Shown: in pieces, positions 1 through 11,891 of the stretch | How positions within the stretch are numbered: the stretch's first letter is position 1 | Layout: the number at the start of each line of letters is the position of its first letter | DNA from: Camelus ferus | Lineage: Eukaryota | Assembly: GCF_009834535.1 (NCBI RefSeq) | Contig: NC_045699.1 | Location: 54,498,001 to 54,562,000, forward strand | Length of the DNA: 64,000 bases | Direction: 5' to 3' | Position numbers and translations under genes: made by a program | Notes under the pieces: model-generated | Database searches by the model: none | Told to the model about the DNA's origin: nothing | What the model saw: only the letters and a program-made list of their open reading frames with translations

Positions 1-382
1 AAAGAATCCTCTTAGTTACGGCACAGATACATGATTGTCGGGCCAACGCGGCCACGTGGAACCTGGAAGACCCATGTTTCCTGGGCTGAGAATCAGTGTA
101 TTGGACGTCAGTGTTTCCTGCAAGGCTTGCGACCTGAAACTTTCTAAAGAACCATCCACCTTTTGGGGAAGCACTTCTGAACTGTCCCTCACCAACTCTT
201 TCTTTTTGGATGCTATCATGAAGTACCTGTTTGCTGATTAGAGCTGTTCTTTAATTTTATGTACCGCTGATCTGGGTGAAACATTGAATTGTCTTCCTTC
301 TCCAAAAAAGAAAAAAAAAAGACAAACGAGAAAACCAAAAAAAAAACAAAAAACAAAAAAAACAAGCAAACAAAAAAAACCC

Positions 383-480
383 CTGAATCTTAGTTCCCTC
401 ATTTATAAAAACGGGGATACCAAAACCTCCTAACTTCAAAACTTGGATTAAATGAGATGTATATGAAGCACTTTGCACAC
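383..480 (+). mobile_element. MIR fragment
   Basis: cttagttccctcatttataaaacggggat...ggattaaatgagat matches the MIR core. Confidence 0.7.
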
Positions 481-509
481 GTATTCCTCCCCAAATGGGT
501 TGTTTTCTT

Positions 510-828
510 TTTTTTTTCCATTTATTGAGTTATAGTCAGTTTGCAACGTTGTGTCAATTTCCAGTGTAGAGCACAATTTTCAGTTATACTTGAACACACA
601 TATATTCATCGTCGCATTCTTTTTCACTGTGAGCTACCACGAGATCTTGTATGTATTTCCCTGTGCTATACAGTTTAATCTTGTTTATCTATTCTACATA
701 TGCCTGTCAGTATCTACAAATTTTGAACTCCCAGTCTGTCCCTTCCCATGCCACTCCCCCCTGGCAACCATAAGTTTGTATTCTATGTCTATGAGTCTGT
801 TTATGTTTTGTATTTATGTTCATTTGTC
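510..828 (-). mobile_element. Young camelid L1 3' end, 5'-truncated, with 13-bp TSD
   Basis: Poly-T followed by the reverse-complement L1 3' UTR. TSD gggttgttttctt at 497-509 and 829-841. The minus-strand target reads TTT/AAGAAAA, the L1 endonuclease consensus. Confidence 0.92.
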
Positions 829-1509
829 GGGTTGTTTTCTTAAATGAACCAAAGTCTTTTTTCATCTTTATGGCAGATGCAAGAAAGTACACAATTCTTA
901 ACGTTAATTTTGAAAATTCCAGCAGTTGTGTGGCAGATAGGTTGTTCATCGTTTACACTGATCAGATCGAGGGGCTTTGGGCATGGAGGTTCTCAAGCCT
1001 GACCTCCATGCCCACCCCACAGCCTCCTCCTTTTGACGTGGGCAGTCTGGCATCCTTCTCTCCCCACCACCCCAAGCACTGGCACTATTGTGTTGAGGCT
1101 TCCAGCCTTCTTGACTTGCTCCCTCGTGATGCTTCAAGTAGGTCAGAAATTGCTTCTCGATAGCAGAATGGACCCAAATTTTCAGGGCCCTAATCCTGGT
1201 GCCCGGCAGTGGGGTAGCTGTCGGTGCGACTCTTCTTCAGAAACTACTGCAAGATTCCTTGTCAACTCTAACGAGGTTACTCTGTCATAAGACAGGAACG
1301 TGGATTAAGATAGTAAGTCAGGATTTGCAATGACAGTGGAAATAAGAAAGGTTTTCAGAAGAGCCTAAGAAGCCTAGAGAATCCTGTCCTTTTTGTCTTT
1401 ATCATTTGTCTTTTTTTGGATCTGCAGCAGAGTTGGCCGGTTGGATGGGTAATTACATAACACCAGGGGGAGGTGGACACACCAGAAACATTATTTTGAG
1501 TTAATTCTT

Positions 1510-1530
1510 TTTCTTTTTTTTGGGGGGGGG
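1510..1530 (-). mobile_element. Extremely truncated SINE tail insertion (21 nt) with 10-bp TSD
   Basis: tttcttttttttggggggggg is flanked by gttaattctt at 1500-1509 and 1531-1540. The T-run plus G-run equals the reverse complement of the SINE 3' end (C-run plus A-tail). Confidence 0.65.
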
Positions 1531-3894
1531 GTTAATTCTTAAGCATAAATCATTCTTTTCACCAAACACATATAAAAGATAACCTCCGCCCTTGGTCCAA
1601 ACCTCTCTACCAAATTCGCGGTGCCAGCCAGCGCCCAGCGCCTGGACCCGGATGAGCCTGTACGTTTAAGGAAGTGAGTCGGTTAGAAAAAAGCAGTTGG
1701 GGATTCACAACAACATGGTTTAAAAAGCAGAACATTGCAACAGCTAATCGAGTCTGCGATACCCCTATGAAGTTTTCTTTTTAGTCACTGTCTGCTGAAG
1801 GGAAGTTCCCCTCAAAACATCTCCGGAGTGGGGACTGTCCAGCTCTGGGCCGGTGACTCTCCAGTGTGTAGACTCTGTTTAAGAGCCTCAGCCCCACAGG
1901 AGACCAGCTTCCTAGGAGTTTGCCTATTGACTTGGGCAGCATATCTGGACATGTGAGCCATCACCCCGATGTCCATAGGGTCCATAGAGGGACAGACAGT
2001 GTCCATATTGTACAGACTGTCAGCATCACCCCTGTGGGAGGAGCCTGGATACTGCCTTCTGAACCCTTTCTGCTGGTGATGCCAGTGCCGGGTGATGATG
2101 GCCTTCCTGGAGTTCCATCAGCAGGTCTTTGGATTCTACTTGAGCTTGCAGCCCTGTGGAGCGCCTCAACTCCTTACCTGCTGTCCAGGGAGCAACCCAG
2201 TCAATGTGTCATTGTTGGTCCAGTACTATTAACCGCCGTTTGAACTACCTAAGGATGGATTTTATTGCTTTGCACGTGCTCTAGTGAGGGAGCCTTGCAA
2301 AGGATTATTACTGTGCAGAGTAAGGGTGGAGAGTGATGCTAGAGCGGTTTTTCCTGGGTTTTCAAAGAGGGCTGGACTGAAAGTTACCCCCCAGGCCATA
2401 GAGTTCCCTCGGTGGGTGAGGTTTAGCGCAGAATTTTGCAAGGACTTCCAAGGTTTTTTTCTCTTGTTGGTTTAGAAGGAGTGTATGTGCATGGAACTGG
2501 CCCCCACACCACGCCAAAGTCTGCGAAGAGAGCGGGGTTCCTTAGGTGGCCGTCTTGTCCATCCCCATGACTTTTCCCAGGATGTTAGTGATGATCGTGT
2601 GGGGCTAGGACTGAGCTGGTGCTTCCTCAACTAGAGACCAGCCCTGCAGACTCCAGAAGTGGGTGAGGGAGGGACACCTACCTACTTTTCTACTCACCCA
2701 GGCCACCAGCTGCAAATGCAGACGCCCGGGCCACCCAAGCCCCGCACCTGGGTGACACGTTGTTGTAGGTGTGAGGAAGCAAACCCCACTATCCATTAAC
2801 TGACGGCCTTCAGCCCCTCTCCCTGTGCCCCTGCCTGTCTTTGGCTTCTAGTCTCATGATGTCATTTGCACAGTGGAACAATGCAGAAACTTACTTTGTT
2901 TGGAGTGGTGCCTCACGGAATTTTTTTTTGATACAGCCTACAAATGGAGAAAGACATCATTGTTGAGCCCCGTTTCATGTGGCGGGGGGTGGGTGGGAGT
3001 TGAGGGGGTGACTTTTTCCCAAAGCAATAAATCTTAGTTAATATTCTAGAAAAATCAAGTACTTCACAACCCTGAATTCACAAGCTCTCTTTGTGTGTGT
3101 GTTAAAGTCAAGGTCCATGGGCCAGGTGCTGTGTGACCCTAAGGCTATATTTAGCCTGGCAAATTAGTATTTTGCATTAGGACATTTTATCCTTGCAAAG
3201 GATCAGAAGGATTCTCCCCTGACACAATTTCAGACGAGTAGGATTCATTCCTTTGGGGAGGAATGTGAACCAACAATATTGGAAATTGAGATCCCATCCA
3301 AAGCATTTGCGATGATTCCCGTTTGAGATCATTTTTCCTTTCGAGAAAAGTTTAAATAGGTGTTCAGTGCAGCACAGAGATGGGCCTGGAGAGTGGGAGG
3401 CATTGCTTTTGCATGAAATCACAATGTGTACATTGTTTTAAAATACCCTTTGCATCGTATGCCTCATTACCAAAACAATTCACAGCTTCCAAAGGATGAC
3501 AGATGTTACCATGTAACCAGCAGAGAGGAGAAGACAGAGGAAAGGAAAGGGAAGAAATCCCTCCCTTTTCAACCGCCACTCAGAATGGAGTCAAGTTTTC
3601 TTCTTCTAGGGAATTCCCTGTAATCCCCAGGGACGCCTTGACCTTGAAGTTTCTAGGCATGGTGCTGGGAGGAGCAAAGAGGAAAGAGTGGGAGGGAATT
3701 AACATTTTCTGAGCCCCAGATGCCACACGGGTTGCTTTATCTCCACTGTCTTCCTTAACCCTTGCAATCATCACCATGTTTCAACTGAAGATGCACTGGG
3801 AGGTCCTATGACCAGCCAAGGATTCCCCCAGCTACTCAATGTCAGCCACTTTTGCTACACAGCTCTCTGTTGTTCCTAATGCAGGGCTCCGGGG

Positions 3895-4058
3895 CCTCGG
3901 TGCTCAGTGTGGTCTGGGCACTTGTAGCGTTAGCATCACCCAAGAGCTGGTTATAACTAGAGAATCCTAAACCCCATCCCAGATCTGCTGAATGGGAATC
4001 TGCATTTTTTAACAAACCCCCAGGGATTTGTATGCACATTGCAGGGTGAGAAGCTCTG
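3895..4058 (+). mobile_element. MER5-type hAT-Charlie DNA transposon
   Basis: agtgtggtc...agcatcacc...ccccatcccagatctgctgaatgggaatctgcatttttaacaa...tgagaagctctg resembles MER5A/B. Confidence 0.7.
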
Positions 4059-4149
4059 CTACCCCGGACTTGGAGGAGGAAGGTCTGGCTGAGAACACTA
4101 GCCAAGCCTCGGGACTGCGCTCAGCAGACTGAGGTGAGGGATTGGTCTA

Positions 4150-4293
4150 TTGGGGTGGGGGTGGGGGTGGGGGGTACAGCTAGAATCTAGTGGGTGCAGC
4201 TAAACTTCTTACAGTGCTCTGGACAGCCCTCCTCCTGCGGCAACAAAGAATGATCCTGCCCAAAATGTCCACGGTGCTGATGCTGAGAAACCT
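4150..4293 (+). mobile_element. MER20 (hAT-Charlie) fragment
   Basis: atctagtgggt...taaacttcttacagtgctctggacagccc...caacaaagaatgatcctgcccaaaatgtc...tgagaaacct matches the MER20 3' half. Confidence 0.8.
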
Positions 4294-4984
4294 CCATCTA
4301 GTTGTCCATATCCAGAATTCACCTCCTGTGGATGTGTTTCCGTAGCTTCAGATGCATGCAACTCTCTAGCAAGCATAGCTTAAATGAGATGACACTGATT
4401 GCATTTTGCTATGCAAATATGATTCCCTTTACTGGGACTTAAAGAGAGTAAAAGAGCTTAAATTGCAGCGTGATAGATTTCCATTAGAATTTTGAGTGGC
4501 TCTGGTACCCAAGACGCAGTGGAAATGTTTCTGAGCACATGCTCCGCCCCCTCCCCGGGGGTCACTTCCCCTCCCTCCATGTCCCGCCTGGCGACATTGC
4601 CTTTTGTTTCTGTTTTACTTCCCAGACTTATCCAGGCCTCTAGTCCTCTCCCTCAGCCGCTAAGCAAGCTGCATTGGGTCAGCTGCGCCACCTGGAGGCT
4701 GGGGAGGAAAGGGACTGCATAGAGGATGGGTGAAGGGAGGCAAAGCCTTGTCCCCACCCACCACCTTTCCTATCCTCTCGCCCTCCCCCTTCCCTCTGTC
4801 TCTAGATTCTGGCCCAGAACGTCTAGAACTCTCTCACCTTCCCCTCTCTGCCTCCCGCCCTCCTTTTCTTCCTGTCTTCCATTCGTGAGCTGAAAATCAA
4901 CCTGAATCATGACTGGGAAGTGAAACCAGCGTGTCCAATGTATATGAAAGGGGAAAAAAGTTTCGAATGGAAATTGTATCCAGA

Positions 4985-5190
4985 ATTAGCAGATACAGAC
5001 TACTACATACAAAACAGATAAACAAGGTCCTACTGTGTAGCACAGGGAACTATATTCAATATCTCATTTAACCTATAATGGAAAAGTATATGAAAAGGAA
5101 TATACATATATATAAATACTGCATCACTATGCTGTACACCAGAAACTAACACAACATTGTAAATCAACTATACTTCAACTTAAAAAAAAA
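4985..5190 (+). mobile_element. Cetartiodactyl-type L1 3' end
   Basis: ttagcagatacagactact...cacagggaactatattcaat...gctgtacaccagaaactaacacaacattgtaaatcaactatacttcaa followed by an A-tail. Confidence 0.9.
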
Positions 5191-5868
5191 TTCTATCCAA
5201 TAAGGAACCCCCATCATTCATCTTCTTCAGAATGGCTACACACATCTCTACCTACTTTCTTGTTTTACTCTGATTAAGCTTGCTTTTCGTCGAGTCCTCT
5301 TTCTTGGTTCCAGTGTGTTTTCCAGCTTTCTTTCACTGCAGTCATGTTCGTGTGCTTTTTAATGAACATTATCAGTGAAGTAGATTGTTCTCAACAAGTT
5401 TTGGACCCAAACTAGATTTATAACCGAGGCATTCCACGGAGGAAGAAAACCTCTTTGCAACTTCTGTGTACCTTCTTTTCATAACTTTCATGATCCCTTG
5501 CAGATGAAAGGTGGGGCTGTGGGGAGTGACTGGCGGGCCCTGCAGAACATCCAGCACCAGCATTTGGACCCAGAGGCCAGGGCAGACGAAGCCGGAGTGC
5601 TGGGCTTCTGGCCAGAGAGGAATGAATCTTCCCGGGGCTGGGAAGCCTGTGTTTTTCCAGCAGATCAGCTGATCTGCTCTGGAGGGCTTTAAATTGGAAA
5701 TGGGGAGTTCTGGGGAATAGTGGAAGTCACAGAACAAAAGATCAGATACGGTGGAGGATTATCAGCTATGTCACAGAAAGGGGAGATTTGACACTTGGAA
5801 GTCGATTCCTAGTCATTGTTTTGAGAAAATAATTTGGGAAATCAGTATTAGAAACAGTTATGCCTTAA

Positions 5869-6010
5869 TTTTTTTTTTTTTTTTTTGCTTTTGTTTGTTT
5901 TGGGGGGTAGGTAGTTAGGTTTATTTATTTTTAATGGAGGTTCTGGGGGTTGAACCCAGGACCTCATGGATGCTAGGCATGTGCTCTACAACTGAGCTCT
6001 ACCCTCACCC
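5869..6010 (-). mobile_element. tRNA-Ala-derived camelid SINE (Vic-1 type)
   Basis: Reverse complement carries the A box (agagctcagttgtag) and B box (gggttcaaccc), followed by the aaataaataaacctaa tail and poly-A. Confidence 0.9.
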
Positions 6011-6564
6011 ACTATATAATCAGTCTTAAAAGTGTATAAATGAGAGGAAGGAGATCGTAGAGGCCGTTGTCCCCAGAGACACCACTCCTGTCTGCAGCCC
6101 ACACCCTGTAAGTGCACTCTCACATCTTATGAACTCCCCAAGTGTCTTCTTGGACTTGTTAACAGGTTGCCATCTTTTGCAAGATCCACTAAACTCTTTT
6201 TTGCCACAAATTGTGCCTTTCAAAATTGGCCTGGAAAAATGCTGGTAAGAATCCTGACACAATTGACTACTGCAAATACTTGGACAAATACAGAGTAACA
6301 ATGATTGGAGCTTTGTGAAGAATGGATCCAAACCAAGGGCAGAGTTTGCATGCCTAGAGGAAGAAATAAGACAATATGTGTACAATGGACTACAACCTTG
6401 AACCTTTAACCTGGGCACATTTTCATCCACACATTGTGATGAAGCTTCTTTCAAAAGAGCATGGCTTTGAAAAAGCTAAAATGTTCATATTTCTTCAGTG
6501 AGTTTAATCTTCCATAAGAACAGATACTCTGAGATTAAAGTGGATTTTAGCTGTTTCTGATAAC

Positions 6565-6765
6565 GAATATTTATTGAAAGTGAGGCCCTCTTTCAAGTGC
6601 CATATATGTACTGCCATCTTTGACCCTTCATAACATCTTGTTGGGAAGATACCATTATTATCAATTTTTGTTACAGATGAAGAAACTGAGGCTCAGTGTT
6701 TTTAGGACAAGGGTACATATCTAGTGGCATGGCCAGGATTTGAATCCTGGTAGTCTGGTTTTTAT
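6565..6765 (-). mobile_element. MIR
   Basis: ttacagatgaagaaactgaggctcag...ggccaggatttgaatcc. Confidence 0.75.
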
Positions 6766-7213
6766 AGACAATCCCTTCTTGCTCACCATCCTTCTGCCTT
6801 CTTAGTGCTTAAGACAGACTAAGCCTACCATCTCCTTCTGCTGCAGCTGAGTCTCAGTCCATAAGCAAAGGCTTGCAGAAAACATAGCATCTTACAACTT
6901 ACGTAAATTAATTTTCTCTCCAAGCCTTCATTTAGCCTGTCCAGCTCACAAAAAATTTAACCTCAGATATTTTTGGAAAACACCCACCTTGTGATGCATC
7001 CAAAGTCTAAGGTTTTAGATGGTGCTAGATTGTGGAAAAGGGGCCATCCAGACACCTGTCTACACTGGTTTTAGCTGTGGTTTCTAGTCACAAGTCTACA
7101 TTGCTTTTTTTTTTAATTAAAAAAAATTTTAATAACTGTTGTATATTTATTTTATAAAATTTATTTTTGTCTTCATTTTGGCAAAATCACCAATTATGTT
7201 ATTATAATCTAGA

Positions 7214-7562
7214 TTTTTTTTAATTTTTAAATTTTGATTGAAGTATAGTCAGTTTACAATGTTGTGTCAATGTCTGGTGTACAGCACAATGCTTCAGTCA
7301 TACATGAAAATACATGTATTTGTTTTCATATTCCTTTTCACCATAAGTTACTATGAGATATTGAATATAGTTCCCTATATTCAGTACACAGTATAAACTT
7401 GTTGTTTATCTATTTTATACGTATTAGTATCTGCAAATCTCGCACTCCCAATTTATCCCTTCCCCCCTTGGTAACCACAAGTTTGTTTTTTTTCTATGTC
7501 TCTGAGTCAGTTTCGGTTTTGTAAATAAGTTCGTTTGTCTTTTTTTTTTTTTTTTTTTTTTG
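7214..7562 (-). mobile_element. L1 3' end
   Basis: ttgattgaagtatagtcagtttacaatgttgtgtcaa...ggtaaccacaagtttg...gtaaataagttcgtttgtc. Confidence 0.9.
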
Positions 7563-7929
7563 ATTGTCTCTGTCCACGTGGACAAGTTTGAGGCTCTCGA
7601 GTGGCCCATGAAGGCATGGGATGGAGCCCAGAATCCTTGGCAAGACTGGGAGCCTGGAGGCTGGAGTCTGTTCTCTCTGAAGTCTTGCCAGTTCCACTAG
7701 GAGCTCCCAGGGAACAGAGCAAACCACTCTTGGGGGAGGGAGGAAGGACCCTGTCTAGAACACTTTGCATAACTTGTCAATGGCTGAGATTTTTACAAAA
7801 TCCAGGAAGAACCTTGACTCCTTCACATCAGATCTCCCAAGCAAGCATCCTCTTGGCTGCCTGCCTGAGGAGGAGGAAGGAGGAGAGAAAGTAAGAGGAG
7901 AAGACATCTATTAAGGTCTCAGAAATACT

Positions 7930-8145
7930 TATGCAGTAGAGTGGCAGTTGCCAGGGGCTGGAGAAATGGGGAGTAAGTGTTCAATGGGTACTGTTTCAGT
8001 TTTGCAAAAATGAAAAGAGTTCTCTGGAGGGATGGTGGTAACCGTAGCACAACAACGTGAAGGTACTTAATGCCACTGAACTGTATGTACACTTACAAAT
8101 GGTTAAAATGGTAAATTTTACGTCTGTATATTTTGCTATAACAAA
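7930..8145 (+). mobile_element. Old L1MB-type 3' end
   Basis: gttgccaggggctggag...aatgggtactgtttcagttttgc...gtacttaatgccactgaactgta...ggttaaaatggtaaatttta. Confidence 0.8.
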
Positions 8146-8244
8146 GCATAGTCATCAACACAGAATTTTATTTCATTTGTACCAACTTCGACTTTCATTA
8201 AAAATGGTCCGGAGAGAAATTCAAATGACAGAAATAAAAAATGA

Positions 8245-8372
8245 GGGGAGGGTATAGCTCAGTGGTAGAGTAGGTGACTAGCAAGCATAAAGTCCTGGAT
8301 TCAATCCCCAGTACCTCCACTAAAAAAAATAACTAAATAAATCTAATTACCCCTCCAAAAAATTTTTTAAAA
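8245..8372 (+). mobile_element. Camelid tRNA-derived SINE with perfect 15-bp TSD
   Basis: ggggagggtatagctcagtggtagag...ggattcaatccccagtacctcc. TSD agaaataaaaaatga at 8230-8244 and 8373-8387. Confidence 0.95.
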
Positions 8373-9249
8373 AGAAATAAAAAATGAATGTCACCATCAA
8401 AAAAAAAAAAAAAAAAGTTTATGAAAAACTATCTTTTGGAAGCCAAAGGAGGAAAGTAGACTTGAATCTCTAGTGATTGGATGTGTTCACTTCCTTCGAG
8501 GAAGGTTCTGCAGGTTCTTGTCTGACCTCTGAGCCCAGCCGAGGTCTTGTAGACGGTGGGCCCTAAACACCCAGTGGTGAATTGGCTCTGAGAGTGTCGG
8601 AGGGTCCACGTGGTCCAGTCCCTTGGAGAGTACTCAGTGGGAGGGGCCCTCCCTGGGATGGTTAGTGGTGCCCTCAGTCAGAGGCCACAGGGCTGTGATT
8701 TGAAGAGATGGGTGCGAAGTTGAGCTGTGTTTTCCTACTGTCTAGGTCCCTCTCTGGCCCTGGGATGAGGGCTGCTCCGTAACTACCACACCTCTGTCAT
8801 CAAAGGAATCCCAAGGTGTCACATTTCTCAGTATTGTTTCCGTTGCAGATTAACTCTGGCTTGTCACCTATCCAAGGTGGAAACCACCTCTCCCCCCCAT
8901 TCTTTTCCCGAAGTGGCTCCATGATGAGGGAAATGATGGATGCCAGGACTTGCCTTCCAGTGGCCGGAGCACAGCACGTCTGGGCCCTGCGCTGGCCCAG
9001 CCTCTGAAAGAGGAAGAGGTGCCTGTCCAGGTCTCCGAGACACACTTTCTTGGAGTTGGCTCTTTCCTTGTGCATCCCCGGCTGTCAGAAAGGGCATGCT
9101 CCCAGGGTGACCCGTGGGACACCAGCAGGGTGACTTCAGGCGGAGGGCCACCTCCCTGACACCCGGGACAGCAGGGTCCCTCCTGCCTGCCAGCCCCGAC
9201 CAGCATGCAGAAGCATTTCTGTGATGGGAGCTCCTAGTTCTTCCCCTTG

Positions 9250-9700
9250 TTTGTTGGTTTTTAATTTTAATTGTGGTGAAATACACATCACATAAAGTTT
9301 ACTATCTTCACCATTTTCTGGGGCATTAAGCGCATTCACATGGTTGTGATATCGTCACCACCCATCCAGCCATAGAAATTTTTCATCTTGCAGACTTGAA
9401 ACACTTTACCCGTTAAACACTGACTCCTCATTCTCTTCTCCCCTTCTAGCCCCTGGCAACCACTGTCTACTTTCTATCTCTATTAGTCCGACTACTCTAG
9501 GTAACTCATCTAAATAGAATTACACAGTATTTCTCCTTTTGTCAGTGGGCTGTTTCACTTAGCATAATGTCCTCAAGTTTCCTCCATGCTGGAGCAGGTG
9601 TTAGAATTTCCTTCCTTTTTAATATTGGTGAATAATATTCCGCAGTACGTCTAAACCACATTTTGTTTATCCATTCCTCCGTCAATGAACACTTGGGAAA
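9250..9700 (-). mobile_element. L1MB fragment
   Basis: ttaattgtggtgaaatacac...ccctggcaaccactgtctactttct...cttagcataatgtcctcaag...catttttgtttatccattc-like segments. Confidence 0.85.
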
Positions 9701-10004
9701 CCTTTCATCTCACCCTTGTTTTTGAGAGGCGCCATCCCTCTGCGAAGTCCTCAGGAGACCAAAAAAATTCCCCAGCCCCTTCCTGCAAGGAGTTCACTTC
9801 TCCAGCAAGTGCCAAAGTGCAAATACAGGAAAAAGTAAATCACAGCGTAAAAGCTGAGACATCCGTTCAGGACGTGTCACAAGTGGATGTACATCTGCAG
9901 AATGGGTGGCTTAGAGAGAGTGTACCCACACGTGTGGATTCCAGAGGTAGGTGGCCCGAGCTGCAGTCCTAGGCTTTGTCCCTGGCTTTGTCCCTTAGTT
10001 TCCA

Positions 10005-10170
10005 TGTCACTTTGAGTGAATTACTGAATCTTTGTAAACTTCAATTTCCTCATCTGTAAAATGGGGATAACAGTACTTTCCCCAGGGAGTTGTTGGGAGG
10101 ATTAAATGAGAAAACATGGATAAAGAGTTTAACAGAGAGCCTGGCATGTGGTTAGCATTCAAGGCTAGCA
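10005..10170 (+). mobile_element. MIR
   Basis: aatttcctcatctgtaaaatggggataacagtac...gaggattaaatgag. Confidence 0.85.
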
Positions 10171-10728
10171 TAGAGAGGAAGCCGCCTGTTACCCACAAAC
10201 TGTCAGTCAGTTATTTTTAATATATTGTTCTTGTTCTCTTAACACGACTGTAAACATTAGTATCTGCACTTGCCACAATTTTACAAATACTTGTGGTTCC
10301 TATTCTGTCTTTTCTGGTTACCTCCCTTTAGGATTATGGCAGTTTCAGTGAGCATGGGAATCGATTTTGGAGATTCTCAGGTTGTTGAATAAGAGTAAGC
10401 TATTTTTATCAGATAATTGATAATAAAAGTGAATGTGGCCTGGCTTTCTCATCCATGGGAGGATGTAGAATGAGGAAGGAGAATGACTGTTAGTAGATAA
10501 CCTTCATCTAACTGGCGGGGGAGTTAACTTTAACTTTAACTCTGAGCCCCACTAGACCGAGAGGGAGGCCAGATTTCATCTCTTGGTAACGTAGTTCTAA
10601 TGGCATTGCTTATGGAGATAGTGCCATCATGGCTGTCCCCTCAATTAAAGATTTCATATTTAGATTATTTTCATCGCAAATATTAAAATACTCTCATTTT
10701 TTTCTAGTCATCATTAAGAGAATTTTTC

Positions 10729-10964
10729 GGGGAGAGGGATAAATTAGGAGTTTGGGATTAGCAGATACAAACTACTGTATCTAAACTAGATAAAACAAGT
10801 CCTACTGTACAGCCCAGGGAACTATATTCAATATCTTGTAATAACCCATAATGAGAAAGAATATGAAAAGAATATATATATATGTATAACTGAATCACTA
10901 TGCTGTACACCAGAAACTAACACAACATTATAAATCAACCTCACCTTAGTTAAGAAAAAAAAAA
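10729..10964 (+). mobile_element. L1 3' end
   Basis: gggataaattaggagtttgggattagcagatacaaactact...cagaaactaacacaacatt followed by an A-tail. Confidence 0.9.
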
Positions 10965-11557
10965 GGGAAACTTTTTAAAGTAAAGTTGATAGTTTTGCTG
11001 AATGAAATGTTTTCTAATTCAAAGGTGCCCCAAGGTATCCACGCGTGTGGGTCCAAGACACATCATCTGGCTGGTGTATTACTTACTCCGTTCCTGTTTG
11101 TCCCCTTGGTATTTCCTACCCAGGAGTCCATTGACTTCAAGGCAATTGAATCCATTATTACTTAGGAGAAAACAACATCTGAGTCTCCCTTGCCCCAACA
11201 ATGGATTTCTCTTAGCATAAAAAAAAAAAATAAGGCATTTGAGGGGGGGTGGGTGTGAACACAGGAATTTCCTCCTCCACCCTAGCTGTTGCTAAGCTGT
11301 AAGCTAGTATTGTGAGAGAGGGAAAAAATACATACCAAGGTCTCAACTTGCCTTGCCATTCTGCCTTGTATTTTTGTTTGCTAGTATTAGTGAAGGCTTC
11401 CCCGCAAAGGCTGGTTAAAGCTGAATAGTTTGTACTTAAATTTGCAGACCTGAGAGCTTTGCCTAGAGGAACTCAAGGTGCCCCGGCTTCTTCCACTCCT
11501 CCTCGAGTTCTTTTTACACCTCTCTTATTGTTCTGGTGCCATCTTTCAATGAGGTGG

Positions 11558-11773
11558 TTTTTGGTTTTTTTTTTAACGTTTTTTTAAATTATTTTATTTT
11601 TATTGACGTACAGTTGGTTTACATTGTGTTAATTTCTGGTTACAGCATAGTGATTCAGTTATATATATCTCTCTATATATAATCTTTTTCATATTCTTTT
11701 CCATTATACTTTATTTCAAGATATTGAATATAGTTCCCTGTGCTATTCAGTAGGGCACTGTTATTTATCTATT
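11558..11773 (-). mobile_element. L1 3' end stacked on the tail of a second L1
   Basis: T-rich tail, then tattgacgtacagttggtttacattgtgttaatttctgg...ttccctgtgctattcagtag. Confidence 0.85.
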
Positions 11774-11891
11774 ATTTTAATTGATGTATAGTCGGTTTAC
11801 AATGTTGTGTTAATTTCTGGTGTACAGCACAGTGATTCAGTTATACATGTATGTATTCCTTTTCATATCCTTTTTCATTAAAGGCTCTTAC
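11774..11891 (-). mobile_element. Second L1 3' tip, tandem with the preceding copy
   Basis: ttaattgatgtatagtcggtttacaatgttgtgttaatttctggtgtacagcacagtgattcag repeats the same L1 terminus. Confidence 0.85.

Noticed and set aside
1600-1680. CpG patch with gaa|gtgagt donor and the mini-ORF MSLYV*
   Set aside because: It is too short and equally explained as an ETS/AP-1-like motif (ggaagtgagtc); evidence is insufficient.
4398-4422. Perfect octamer ATGCAAAT and STAT-like TTCNNNGAA motifs elsewhere (46050, 57306)
   Set aside because: Single short motifs are expected by chance at this window size.
7105-7126. Tn-AATT-An palindromes here and at 62383-62404
   Set aside because: They are low-complexity homopolymer junctions next to L1 tails, with no specific information.
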